From positions 3,906,001-3,970,000 of the forward strand of contig OX337230.1 of the NCBI GenBank assembly GCA_946965045.2: DNA of 64,000 bases. The letters are read 5' to 3'. The stretch comes from Epithemia pelagica (taxonomy: Eukaryota; Protista; Bacillariophyta). Position 1 is the stretch's first letter. The number at the start of each line of letters is the position of its first letter. Below, in pieces: positions 42,004 through 54,186 of this stretch. The notes beneath the pieces are model-generated. The model worked only from the letters and a program-made list of their open reading frames with translations, did no database searches and had not been told where the DNA came from. The position numbers and the translations under genes are program-made.

Positions 42004-43263
42004 ATGAAGACTTGTAGTTGCGGCCTGTTCTTCCATGTCACTGCCATTCTTGCTCTTTTCCCGCAAGTGACGACAAGTTTCCAATGTTCCTCCTGGCATG
42101 GTGAAAAACCAGTGCCCCTTCGACAAAGACGATTTGCGGGCCACACTCCCCAGCAGGGGATTGCTCCATCATTTGGGGTTGTTCCGAACGACCATGCACC
42201 ACAACACCAGCATCCTTTTGGGGGACGGGTCAATCCGTCCTTGTCGTCCAGTCGAGTACGAACAAGGCTCGGACTTTCCATGGCATCGCTAGGAGAACCA
42301 ATCACGTCTTTGGCGTCGTCCTTATTCCGAACCTCGGGCAGTGTACCGTTTATCCAAGCCTTTGGGGTGAATGCCGTTTTGTTTGCCGTCTTGTCCCGCA
42401 AACTGTCGACCATGTTAACACCGACGGGGTTTGTTCATGCCTTGGCCTTGGGCAGTTCCTTGTGGGCCACCTTGGGTGTTTCGGGATGGTTGTATTGTGT
42501 GGCCTATCTGTTTTTGGGGCAAGCCGTCACCAAGGTTCGATTTGCGGAAAAACAAAAGGCTGGACTGGCCGAAGGTCGGGGTGGACGACGGGGTCCTGAA
42601 AATGTCTGGTACGTATTAGAGCAACTTGTTGTTGTTGTTGTTGGTTTTGGTTTTGTGCTTTGGAACGACTCGACGACGACGGAGTGACAAGACGCCTACT
42701 ACTGTCGTTACTGGACAGACTTTGGGATTGCAACGTCTCATGTTTGCCGTGTGCACCCACCAATTCTATTGTACAGGGGCAGTGCCGCGACGGGCTTGCT
42801 CTGTGCCATTTGTTCCGTACAGGGCCCCGTCTTGTGGGGGATTCGATCGGAACTATTCGTCTTGGGGTATGTGGCATCGATTGCGACCAAATTGGCTGAT
42901 ACCTTTGCTTCCGAAATTGGCAAGGCCTATGGGAAGACCACCTTTTTGATTACCACCTTGGAACGTGTTCCGGCCGGTACAGAAGGAGCCGTATCGGTGG
43001 AAGGGACGGCCGCATCCGTGGTGGGTGGATTGCTCCTCAGTTTGGTCGCCCATGGATTGGGCTTGATTGGGAGCAGTTGGACGGCGGTAGCTCTTTCGAC
43101 CGTGGCCGCCTTTGTAGCGACCAATGTGGAAAGTTTGATTGGTGCCACCTTGCAAGAAAAAGAGGGATTGCAATGGATGACGAATGAAGTGGTCAATTTT
43201 ATCAACACGTTTATTGGAGCCACCTTGGCCATGGTGGGAGGCATGGCACTTTTGTCTCTCTAA
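42004..43263 (+). CDS. DUF92/TMEM19 family membrane protein, VTE6-like, 2 exons, plastid-type leader
   Basis: GLAEGRGGRRGPENVW|GSAA, KLADTFASEIGKAYG and GTEGAVSVEGT. The intron is about 42610-42776. Confidence 0.85.
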
Positions 43264-44376
43264 AAACAGAGAACTACCTACCTAGGAGTACTCCTAGTAG
43301 GAAAGGTTAGTAGTCGGTAGCAAGTAGGAACGCGAAGGACTTTGTCGCAGGAGTGCCAAGGATCCACCATAGACTCCTCTACAAGGAGAAGAAGTATATC
43401 TTCTAAGGTACTCCTACTCGTAACGTTCTGTAGAGATTTGATGCACAAGATGTAAGAATTCAAGAAGTTGACAGAGCAGGCAAACATGAAGAGGACATGG
43501 GCACTCCTGGAACGATACGTTGGGGCAGTGGTGATTGCGTCATCTTTTCTCCCGCTGTGGCCCGCAGACGAGACGATAGGATCCATCCACCGCTTCCATG
43601 GCCACCGAACTTTCATTGCTCGCGATCATTTCCCTCTCTTGGATCGGATGATACGTGGACACGACGATCCCAAGTGTTACCTTGTGTTTCTCTAGAGATT
43701 CCCAGCTCTCACAATAATGTCGTTGCTGGATCGTGCGCCGCATTTTTGGAATGGTCGCCCGGTGTTTCTGGGTCTGGCCAAGCGCAAGGACAACACAAAC
43801 ACATGGGTACACCACAATACAATAAAATTATTCTCTCCATCAAAGACTTGAAGCGAAGATGGTGAAATGTCTATGTGTCGTGTCGTGTGGGTTGGCATGG
43901 AAATTGGCCACCGAGCGACACAAACTTTTGGACGCACACGACTTGCCAAAATTTCCAGCGTCTGCGACCAGTATCGTTCAATACATCTCTCTTTACTCAC
44001 CGAAGCAAAATACACATGAGTAGTGTCTTGGCGCGCCGGCATTTCTTTCGATTCCTGCGCGGCCGGTGGATCTTGGCTGATTTCTCGGCTGATTTCTCCC
44101 TCTATTGTCGATTAGAGGTTTGGATTATGGTGTCGCCATTATACCACCATCAAGGTCTACGTAGCCACGTTGAGATTACATGAAGTAGTTTGGTGGCGAC
44201 GCTTCAATCCAACGAGGGACCTCTTGTGGTAAAGCGCATGGAGTTGTCTCGTGTTGATTTGAGGCACAGTTGTCCTGGTTTGATAGTTTCGAGTCCTTTG
44301 GAACACGACATTCAATTCACACCACCACACCACCACACCACTTGTACGAAATCAAACACAACGACGACGAGAAACC

Positions 44377-44646
44377 ATGGCGGCCACCACGAGCGATTTT
44401 AGTTATGATGAAAGTCTGCATCCACCCGCCATTGTCCACATTCCCGAAGAGTTTGTTCCCGATGACCCAGCCTCTCCGGGTCACATTGATTCTCCCTTGT
44501 CCTCCCCTCCCAATTCACCCAATGCCTGGGATATACGAGAGTTGGGAAACGACGAAGAAGACGAAGAAGAAGAAGACAACAAGCACAATCACTTGCAACA
44601 GCCACCCTTGTCCTTGCCCGAACTCAATCATTCCACAGCCACCAAT
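44377..44646 (+). pseudogene. N-terminal fragment of an unknown acidic protein, cut by the arm of cassette 2
   Basis: MAATTSDFSYDESLHPP..NHSTATN runs directly into cassette sequence at 44647. Confidence 0.45.
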
Positions 44647-44864
44647 TGCAGCTCGTTCATCTTCTGTTTAATGCCGTTCATCTTCTGGTTCATTTCATTA
44701 AACAGACTTTTCATCTCAATCATGTTTTCGCGCAAACCACTCTTCGTTGCATAATTGTCTTCTGTTCCGAGGGTGGACTTTGTGCGGTGTCCGCTTACAC
44801 ACAGACGAGCACAACAGTGCTTGACGCGACTGTGGGATATACGCTTTGGAAGGTATCGAAACAT
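44628..44864 (-). pseudogene. Truncated MFRYLPK-family gene (leader plus coil, no TM)
   Basis: Identical to the first 74 aa of 9811-10368, then LVAVE-stop. Confidence 0.8.
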
Positions 44865-45651
44865 GGTGGACTATCGCGGGTTCTTTCGAATGTATCGCAG
44901 GAAGGAAAACTGTGGGCTCACAAAAAATGTTCTCTGCGGGTGACGGGAAAGTGGCAAGTCTGAGAGAGAGCCACTTTTGAAGCGCCACGAGAGTCAAGAT
45001 TGATTGACAGTCGTACGATCCACTATAACTCAAACTGTACAGACCGCCTCCTCAACACACAACAATCGTACGATCCACTATAACTCAAACTGTACAGACC
45101 GCCTCCTCCATGTCTACCAGTATAAAGTATATAGTAGGAGTAGTAGATATATTCATATCCTGAGGTGACGGACGGGGCACACAACTCCCGACGCACACCA
45201 CAACAATGGAATATCAAAAATATCAAGCTTCACTGTTCACTGTTCCCGTTCTTTTGGGTTTGCGTGCAGGCGCCTCTTCGTCCAAACACTCTCGACTCTC
45301 TGGAGCTCCTGCAGTCTTTTCGTGGCGCAGCAAAAGTGGACGTCTCCTCTCTCCCTCAGACTTGCCACTTTCCCGTCACCCGCAGAGAACATTTTTTGTG
45401 AGCCCACAGTTTTCCTTCCTGCGATACATTCGAAAGAACCCGCGATAGTCCACCATGTTTCGATACCTTCCAAAGCGTATATCCCACAGTCGCGTCAAGC
45501 ACTGTTGTGCTCGTCTGTGTGTAAGCGGACACCGCACAAAGTCCACCCTCGGAACAGAAGACAATTATGCAACGAAGAGTGGTTTGCGCGAAAACATGAT
45601 TGAGATGAAAAGTCTGTTTAATGAAATGAACCAGAAGATGAACGAGCTGCA
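44647..45651. repeat. Palindromic cassette 2: arms 44647-44964 and 45355-45651, 390-bp spacer
   Basis: Direct reverse-complement match, with one extra 21-bp heptad unit in the left arm. Confidence 0.93.
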
Positions 45652-45991
45652 TTTTCAAAGCAACAAGACGCAGCAGGGTTTTATGCTCGCACAGTCGGGA
45701 CTCCTTGCAACACTAATGATCGCGCTACACGGTATGTCCGACTCTCAATTACAACATTACTCGGAGAATTTTTCTAAACGAATCGAAGCACAAGATGCTC
45801 GTTTTGAAGCACAAAATGATAAATTGCAAGCTCAGGATCGGATATTGGACGCCCAGGATTCCAAAATCCAAGCACAAGATGCTCGCTTTGATTCACAGAA
45901 TGATAAAATCGAAGCTCAGGACCGAAAATTGGACGCACAGGATTCCCAAATCCGAGCACAAGACAAGCTTATTGCGTCCAGGAGCAAGTAA
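45455..45991 (+). CDS. MFRYLPK-family coiled-coil/TM/AQD-heptad protein
   Basis: 178-aa ORF, close paralog of 9811-10368. Confidence 0.75.
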   Translation: MFRYLPKRISHSRVKHCCARLCVSGHRTKSTLGTEDNYATKSGLRENMIEMKSLFNEMNQKMNELHFQSNKTQQGFMLAQSGLLATLMIALHGMSDSQLQHYSENFSKRIEAQDARFEAQNDKLQAQDRILDAQDSKIQAQDARFDSQNDKIEAQDRKLDAQDSQIRAQDKLIASRSK

Positions 45992-46286
45992 GGCTCTTGG
46001 TGAAGCAAGAAAGGCTCTTTGTAGTTTCTTCATCTTGGGTCGGGGCGTCGTTTCAAGCATCAATCTCGTTCTCTGAGTTGTGCTTAGTAGGGCAGTTTTT
46101 AACGGCAGATTGTACTATAGCATTGATATTACTTTCCTCCTCCAAGCATAAAACACGGTCCATCTACAACTGGATTGCCTCATGAGGTTTGTCTATCTTC
46201 TCCTACAATTGACAACTGGAAGACGCGTCTCTCGCCCTTTTCCAGGATAGAATTCAGGACACCTAATAGATAAAGTATTGTGTACC

Positions 46287-47568
46287 TTAGGAACTGGCCG
46301 TGACGGCCGGTGTCGACTCGTTCGTTGGAATCTCCACTGGTGACACTGTTGTTGTTGTTGTGGTTGTGGATGATGATGTTGTGGTTGGTTCCGTGTCGGT
46401 TGTCTTGGTCGATCGTTGGTTGGGTTTGCCCTTGGTTCGTCGTTTCGTCGTCCTACGAGTGGCGGTGGTCGGTTCCTTGTCGTCTTGTTGTTGTTCTACT
46501 TCGACTACGAGTTGCCGTGCTTGTGCCTGTCGCGCCTGCTGTTCGTGTTCCAATCGCCGCGTCAATTCCAATCGAATCAACTTCATTTCTTCCACCCGTT
46601 GATTGGCTTCTTGTTGGGTAATAAATTTGCCATGACGATCCATGTAATCCTTAAAGCCCATGACGGACAACAAGACTGTTCAGAGCGCAGTGTAGAAATG
46701 TTGTAGAGACACACGTGTGTGTGTCCGTAGAATGGAATGATGCAAACACAGAGATACAAGAAAGAAAGCGAGAGAACGAAGCGCGCGCACGGCGACGACC
46801 GGCATCCAATCAGGAGCAAGAAAAAGAAAGACACAAGAAGAAAACAAGCTCAGAACCAAACCAATCAGAAAAAAAAAACACAATTCGTTTGATGGCAAGG
46901 TATCCAACTCGTTTGTGTGACACGCACACATCCCTCGTTGCTACTACGAAACGACGACAAGCGCACAAAACACGTACCGCAAATGGTGGTGAATTGTCCA
47001 AAGACACGGGTATGCAAGAGTTTGATGGAGAGTTGCAAATGTTCCTTGCCGGACCGACCATACAAGATTAATCCGACACAGGGCACGGCCAAGAGGGCGA
47101 CGGTCCGCACCGGATTGGCCGAAATGTAATTGGCCACACGATGATGCAGACTCAAGGTATCACCGGGAACAATATGAACGCCCGATTTGGCAATCGATTC
47201 TTGATACAAGGAATGCAACTGCATTTCCTTGGTGGTGGCAGGGTCGGTGGTCGTAGAGGCATTGACTTGTGCTTGTTGGTGTTGTTGCTGTTCTTCGGCC
47301 CATTGAACCGTTTCGGCATGGTGTTGGGATTCGTGAGCAATTTGTTGCATGCGATCATGGACATATTGTTCCGACGTCAAGGCAAAGGCAAACAAGGCCG
47401 GCATAATGACCATGGCCGTTCGAGATTGCCAATTGGTCCGGAGCCGAAAGGCGGCATTTTGCATCGCCAGATACAAACTTCCGACGGCGGGGACCAAGAC
47501 CAAACCGCTTCGGTCATGGCTTCCTGCGATGTGGTTTGATTGCGAGATTGCGGCGTTAACGAAGTCAT
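46287..47568 (-). pseudogene. HIG1-domain gene copy with a 13-bp frameshifting deletion near the start
   Basis: CCGCCACCAACCC present at about 55406-55418 is missing at about 47508. The rest is near-identical to 54187-55478. Confidence 0.75.
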
Positions 47569-48294
47569 GATGATGATGCTACTACGCCGACAATGAGAGA
47601 GTGTAGGGTGTCGATACACGGAATATAGAGAGGGATGGATGGGTAGAGTTCTTCGTTCGTCGTTGGATCCAAAGGCTACACAGTCAGTCTGTTGTAGGGC
47701 CTGCTTCTCCCTTTGCCTTTGGGGTGATGGTGATATTCTGCTCTCGCCGATCGCTATGATCCTCGATTCGATTGGCAGCAGCGTCGTGTTTGGTCTCTAT
47801 TGTATCTCTCTCTCTCTCTCTCTGTCGTCTTGCTGTTGGAGAAGGTGGAGAGCAGATGACGAAGAAAAATGGACATGTGTTGTGGCGAGATGCGTGGCCG
47901 AACAACGGAACCTATGGGGGTCGCATTTTTACCGGTCGCCCATTAGACGCCGTAAAAAAGTTTTATGCTCAGTCCCGCCACGTACATAGGTCACTATCTG
48001 CGGAATCGTTTGACACCGTCCGTCCGTCAGTCCGTGCTCTCCGAAATCAGTCTGCTCGTCAGCGCTATCCGTCCATGTCAATCAATCAATATGATAATTT
48101 TGACAACCGCATCCCATTGTATGGTAAGGAATGAATGTGGCAATCGAAACGGAGAATGACCAGAGTCGTCGTCGTCGTTGTTGTGGATACATGCGGCCAC
48201 TGTCGTTTCGCTCCGTGTTGTCGAGGAGTGAAAGTGGGAAAGGAGTGAGAGTGGGAAAGGAACCACTCTGCTCGAGCCATTTTATATCTATATC

Positions 48295-48770
48295 TATGGA
48301 TTGTATCGAGCGGATTCATGTCCAGGAGTTGGAGGATTTCAACTCTTGGAGATCAATCCGTTCGATACTATCCATAGAAGAATACCATGGCGGAGGAATG
48401 GTCCATGTTTTGGTGTTGGAAAGCTTGTTTGTTTGTTTGTCCTTGTCGTCGTCCTATTGCTCTGTGTGTCGTGTGTGGAGGAGTGAGAGTTGAGGAGGAA
48501 CCAGCCATATATGTTATATATTGTATATGGATTGTATCGAACGGATGACTGTCCAAGATTTGGCTGATTGTGCCACACATTAATATATCATGGACAGTTA
48601 TTCGTTCGATACAATCCATAGAATAGTTACATGGCGGCGGAGGAATTCTCTGTTGCGACCGAACGCTTGTGTATCCGTATCGTATATGGAGTGTGGATCG
48701 AACGGATGGATGTCATCGATTTGGAGTGTGCCAACTATATTGCGTTGGTACAATGGTCGTACTTGGGAGC
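48295..48770 (+). ncRNA. Array of long pre-miRNA-like hairpins (two complete, one truncated)
   Basis: 48295-48376 has a 22-bp outer stem. 48526-48620 has a 30-bp stem with two G-U pairs and no mismatch. Confidence 0.55.
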
Positions 48771-49016
48771 ACGGATTTTTGTTGTGTGGTCGACTGGCCA
48801 TGTGCGACTGCAGGTTGTCATCGTTAAAATGTGACCTATCCACGACCCCAAAATCAAGTCGCGCATTAGATGCGTGAAATGTCGAAACTCCAAGATCCAA
48901 AAGATACACAAAAAGTTCTCTCTCGTCGTCCGTTGTTCTGTATTTTATCCGATTCTAGAGAAAGGAGACAAGAATCCGCGACATTGCAGCAGAATCCCCA
49001 ACAGCCGCAATACACC

Positions 49017-51235
49017 ATGGTTCGCTCGTCCTTTGTATCGTCGGGTTTCGGACTGTCACGTTCTTGCTGTGGCTCGGCGTCATTGTGGTCGTTTGGATCC
49101 TGCGGGTGGTCCTCTACTGGAATCATGGCTGCTGCTAGCAGTAGTAGTAGTGCCGAAAGGACACTGCGATCACAACGTTGGTCGTCTCCGTTGAGAGGAA
49201 CCGTGTCGTCTTGCTCGTTTTCCACCGGCAATCCCAACAACGAAAACGACGACCACCACCAAAACAAATCGACTTCTTCTTCGTCGTCGTCGTCGTCTCC
49301 CATTCGTTTGGCCCATCGCTTGGACGGGTTGGATGCCCCGACCGTCTGGCATGAATTTACGCCACTTTCCAAACAACACCAATCTATTAATTTGGGACAA
49401 GGCTTTCCCGATTGGGATCCACCCAGGTTTGTCGTGGAGGCCCTGCAAGCCGCCGTCACACACCGTCATGCCAATCAATATGCACCCTCCCAAGCCCATC
49501 CAGCCTTGGCGCAAGCCCTCGTGCACGAATATACACACCACTTGTGGTGGAACCCAACCAGCAGCGACAACGACAATGACCAGACCCCGAGTCCGGACGC
49601 GGCCTGTTTCGACTTGGATCCGACGCAACATGTGGCCACAACGGTTGGTTGTACGCAAGCCTTGTATTGTGCCTTGCAAGGATTGATCAATGCGGGAGAC
49701 GAAGTCGTCTTGTTGGAACCCGCCTTTGATATTTATCATTCGCAAGTGCGCATGGCCGGTGGTACCTGCGTCTTTGTCCCCCTGCGACCCAAACAACATA
49801 TGACACCGACCGCAAGCAGCAACGACCAAACGAAGAAGACTACTTTGGTGGACACCCCCAACGAATGGCATGCCAGTGATGTGTTTGACTTGGACTTGGA
49901 GGAATTTCAAGCCGCCTTGTCGGACCGTACCAAAGTCATTTTACTCAATACACCGCATGTAAGTCTCCTCACAATCATAATCGTACCCAGAATCGGCGCG
50001 TGTCCTGTGGTTCCTTGTTGTGTGTGTGTGTGTGTGGGTGCAAGAGGGTGTGGGTGGGTGGGTGTGCGTTTGGAGCAGAGGACGCGTTTTGGAATGGACT
50101 CCCTATACCTCTCCTGCAATTGTACATCCATGTATATGCTTTGTGGAGTTGTAAGAGACTGTGACCAAAGTACGAGATAGAAAGAGAGAGAGAGTCACGC
50201 GGTGTGTTTTGTTCCACCCCTCGTCCTCTCTCATGCTACTTGTGTACTATGTATAGAATCCTACCGGCAAGGTGTTTTCTCGGGCCGAATTGCAAGGCAT
50301 GGCGGATATTTTGCAACAACCCGAATATCAACATATTGTGGTAATTTCGGATGAAGTGTACGAACACATTGTCTTTGATCCCGACACACGACCCCACGTT
50401 TCCATGGCTACTATCCCGGGCATGTTTCATCGGACCTTGACCTTGAGTTCCTCGGGCAAAACGTAAGTATACTACAATCTCCCTCGTTTTTATTGTTGTT
50501 GTTGTTCTTGTGTGTGTGTTGGTCGTTGCATCCTCGAGTATATAGGGATAGGGATTGTGTGTGTCTGTTTTGTGGGTCTCACATCAGTTTCGAGAGGATG
50601 ATGCTTTCCTGACGTGTCTTGTTGTTGTTGGTCGTTCCTTTCTTTCTTTTTGTCTCTCACACTTGGCCATTAGGTTTTCCTGTACGGGTTGGAAAGTTGG
50701 ATGGGCGATTGGTCCTGCGCATTTGGTCCATGCTGTGACGGCCACCAATCAATGGATTACCTTTTCGGCTCCGACACCGACCCAAGATGCCATGGCGCAA
50801 GCCTTGCGTCAAGCACGAACCGAGCCCTACCACGGCCATGCCACATATTTTGACTATGTGGCCGCAGAATATCGTCGCAAACGCACCATTTTGCAAACGG
50901 CCTTGACCAACGCCGGCTTGACTCCCATTGTTCCCGATGGATCCTTTTTTGTCATGGCCGACACCTCTCAAGTCGAAATTCCCGAATCCTATTTGCATCA
51001 CGTGACACGAGCCATGCCCCTTCGGACATTGGACCAACGACGCGTGGCTCCTCGCGATTGGGCCTGTTGTCGATGGATGACCGAAACGGTGGGTGTCACG
51101 GCCATTCCACCATCAGCCTTTTATTCGACGCCCAATGTTCCCTTGGCTCAAAATTTGATTCGATTGGCCTTTTGCAAAACGGACGAGACATTGCAAGAAG
51201 CGGCCCGGCGATTGGAACAACACTTTGGAAAATGA
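49017..51235 (+). CDS. Kynurenine-oxoglutarate transaminase paralog, 3 exons
   Basis: Same motifs and intron positions as 6545-8763. Confidence 0.92.
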
Positions 51236-51631
51236 GAGAGAGTGGGATCCTCTCTCAAAATCCGTGCCGACGACGATAGGCATTTTCGATTGGAGAACTC
51301 TGCATATTCCCAAAGAGAGAGAGTTTTGATAGAAACACAACACCATGGAATCCAACGAAACGCTTTCAAGCATCAATCTCCATTGAGGCATATAGTTTGG
51401 AGGGAGGTGTGATGAATCGTGGCCCTCCAAAGAGTCGCTGTACTCCTGCCAAAACTAATGAATGGGAAGGACATCCCCGCGCTCGCATGAATAAGTTTAC
51501 CTAGTACAAAATAGCGTTTGACTCGAAAAGGAAGAATGATGATTTTCTTGCTCAATTGTCTATCCGAGAGTATTCCACGACCGACGCCCCGGCCCAAGAT
51601 GCAGAAACTACGAAGAGCCTCGCTGCTTGCT

Positions 51632-52099
51632 TCACTTGCTCTTGCTCTTAATAATCATATCTTGTGCTTCGATTTTGCTATCCTGGGCGTCAATTTTCCG
51701 GTCCTGGGATTCAAGCTTGTCATTTTGTGACTCAAAGCGTACATTTTGTGACTCAAAGCGTGCATCTTGTGCTTCGATTCGTTTCGAGAAACCCTCCGAC
51801 TGTCTCTGCAAATTGTTGGTGGACACATCGTGTAGAGCGATCATCAGTCCGATCATCAGTGTCCCCATTGACACCGTAAGTCCCGCTAGTCCCAACGCAG
51901 TTTGCGTCATGGTCTCGTTCATTTCCTTATTCATTTTCGTCATGGTCTCGTTCATTTGTTTAACAACTTCCTTCGGAACCGAAGAATCTTGTTGGCCAAT
52001 GGAGGACTTCCAGCGGCGTCCGAACAAATACTTTGATGAAAGCTTTTTAAAGGAGGAAGGAAACATGGTGCAACACAGGGGCGTTACCTCATGAGGCAA
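51632..52099 (-). CDS. Type 2 leader coiled-coil/TM/AQD protein
   Basis: Three amino-acid differences from 9160-9627. Confidence 0.7.
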   Translation of the reverse strand: MPHEVTPLCCTMFPSSFKKLSSKYLFGRRWKSSIGQQDSSVPKEVVKQMNETMTKMNKEMNETMTQTALGLAGLTVSMGTLMIGLMIALHDVSTNNLQRQSEGFSKRIEAQDARFESQNVRFESQNDKLESQDRKIDAQDSKIEAQDMIIKSKSK

Positions 52100-52282
52100 T
52101 CCAGTTGTAGATGGACCGTGTTTTATGCTTGGAGGAGGAAAGTAATATCAATGCTATAGTACAATCTGCCGTTAAAAACTGCCCTACTAAGCACAACTGA
52201 GAGAACGAGATTGATGCTTGAAACGACGCCCCGACCCAAGATGAAGAAACTACAAAGAGCCTTTCTTGCTTCACCAAGAGCC

Positions 52283-52879
52283 TTACTTGCTCCTGGACGC
52301 AATAAGCTTGTCTTGTGCTCGGATTTGGGAATCCTGTGCGTCCATTTTTCGGTCCTGAGCTTCGATTTTATCATTCTGTGAATCAAACCGAGCATCTTGT
52401 GCTTGGATTTTGGAATCCTGGGCGTCCAATATCCGATCCTGAGCTTGGAATTTATCATTTTGTGCTTCAAAACGAGCATCTTGTGCTTCGATTCGTTTAG
52501 AAAAATTCTCCGAGTAATGTTGTATTTTAGAGTTGGACATACCGTGTAGCGCGATCATAAGTGTTGCAAGGAGTCCCGACAGTGCGAACATAAATCCCTG
52601 CTGCGTCTTGATGCTTTGAAAATGCAGCTCGTTCATCTTCTGGTTCATTTCGTTGAATTTCTGGTTCATTTCGTTGAATTTCTGGTTCATTTCGTTGAAT
52701 TTCTGGTTCATTTCGTGGTTCAACTTCTGGTTCATTTCGTGCAAGAGATTTTTCATCTCCTTCATAGAATTGTCCTCTCTTTCCATGGTGGACTTGGAGC
52801 GGCGTTCGCTTACACACAGACGAGCACAACAGTGCTTGACGCGACTGTGGGATATACGCTTTGGAAGGTATCGAAACAT
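52283..52879 (-). CDS. MFRYLPK-family protein with expanded EMNQKFN heptads
   Basis: 21-bp tandem repeat at about 52640-52740. The C-terminal half is identical to 9811-10368. Confidence 0.75.
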   Translation of the reverse strand: MFRYLPKRISHSRVKHCCARLCVSERRSKSTMEREDNSMKEMKNLLHEMNQKLNHEMNQKFNEMNQKFNEMNQKFNEMNQKMNELHFQSIKTQQGFMFALSGLLATLMIALHGMSNSKIQHYSENFSKRIEAQDARFEAQNDKFQAQDRILDAQDSKIQAQDARFDSQNDKIEAQDRKMDAQDSQIRAQDKLIASRSK

Positions 52880-53536
52880 GGTGGACTATCGCGGGCTCTT
52901 TCCAATGTATCGCAGGAAGGAAAACTGTGGGCTCACAAAAAATGTTCTCTGCGGGTGACGGGAAAGTGGCAAGTCTGAGAGAGAGCCACTTTTGAAGCGC
53001 CACGAGAGTCAAGATTGATTGACAGTCGTACGATCCACTATAACTCAAACTGTACAGACCGCCTCCTCAACACACAACAATCGTACGATCCACTATAACT
53101 CAAACTGTACAGACCGCCTCCTCCATGTCTACCAGTATAAAGTATATAGTAGTAGATATATTCATATCCTGAGGTGACGGACGGGGCACACAACTCCCGA
53201 CGCACACCACAACAATGGAATATCAAAAATATCAAGCTTCACTGTTCACTGTTCCCGTTCTTTTGGGTTTGCGTGCAGGCGCCTCTTCGTCCAAACACTC
53301 TCGACTCTCTGGAGCTCCTGCAGTCTTTTCGTGGCGCAGCAAAAGTGGACGTCTCCTCTCTCCCTCAGACTTGCCACTTTCCCGTCACCCGCAGAGAACA
53401 TTTTTTGTGAGCCCACAGTTTTCCTTCCTGCGATACATTCGAAAGAACCCGCGATAGTCCACCATGTTTCGATACCTTCCAAAGCGTATATCCCACAGTC
53501 GCGTCAAGCACTGTTGTGCTCGTCTGTGTGTAAGCG
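52807..53536. repeat. Palindromic cassette 3: arms 52807-52979 and 53364-53536, 384-bp spacer
   Basis: Reverse-complement match with two mismatches seen. Confidence 0.93.
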
Positions 53537-53895
53537 GACACCGCACAAAGTCCACCCTCGGAACAGAAGACAATTATGCAACGAAGAGTGGTTTGCGCGA
53601 AAACATGATTGAGATGAAAAGTCTGTTTAATGAAATGAACCAGAAGATGAACGAAAATGCGTTGGGACTAGCGGGACTTACGGTCACAATGGGGACACTG
53701 ATGATCGGACTGATGATCGCTCTACACGATGTGTCCACCAACAATTTGCAGAGACAGTCGGAGGGTTTCTCGAAACGAATCGAAGCACAAGATGCTCGAT
53801 TTGAAGCACAAGATGCTCAACTGCGTGCTCAAGACCGCAAGCTTGACGCACAGGACAAGGTGCTGATTGCGTCCGCGAGCAAGAAAGGCTTGTAG
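53464..53895 (+). CDS. Chimeric family member: MFRYLPK leader and coil joined to the type 2 TM and a short AQD stalk
   Basis: ..EMNQKMNE|NALGLAGLTVTMGTLMIGLMIALHDVSTNN.. Confidence 0.72.
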   Translation: MFRYLPKRISHSRVKHCCARLCVSGHRTKSTLGTEDNYATKSGLRENMIEMKSLFNEMNQKMNENALGLAGLTVTMGTLMIGLMIALHDVSTNNLQRQSEGFSKRIEAQDARFEAQDAQLRAQDRKLDAQDKVLIASASKKGL

Positions 53896-54186
53896 TGAAG
53901 CAAGAAAGGCTCTTTGTAGTTTCTGCATCTTGGGTCGGGGCGTCGTTTCGAGCATACATCTCGTTCTCTCAGTTGTGCTTCCTGTTCTTTAGTAGGGCAG
54001 TTTTTAACGGCAGATTCTACTAAAGGATTGGTATTACTTTCCTCCTCCATTCATAAACCACAGGTCCATCTACAACTGGATTGCCTCATGAGGTTTGTCT
54101 ATCTACAATTGACAACTGGAAGACGCGTCTCTCGCCCTTTTCCAGGATAGAATTCAGGACACCTAATAGATATAGTATTGTGTACC

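Noticed and set aside
48870-50180. 436-aa single-exon version of the aminotransferase
   Set aside because: It reads through the intron after NTPH. The paralog supports a start at 49017 and the three-exon model.
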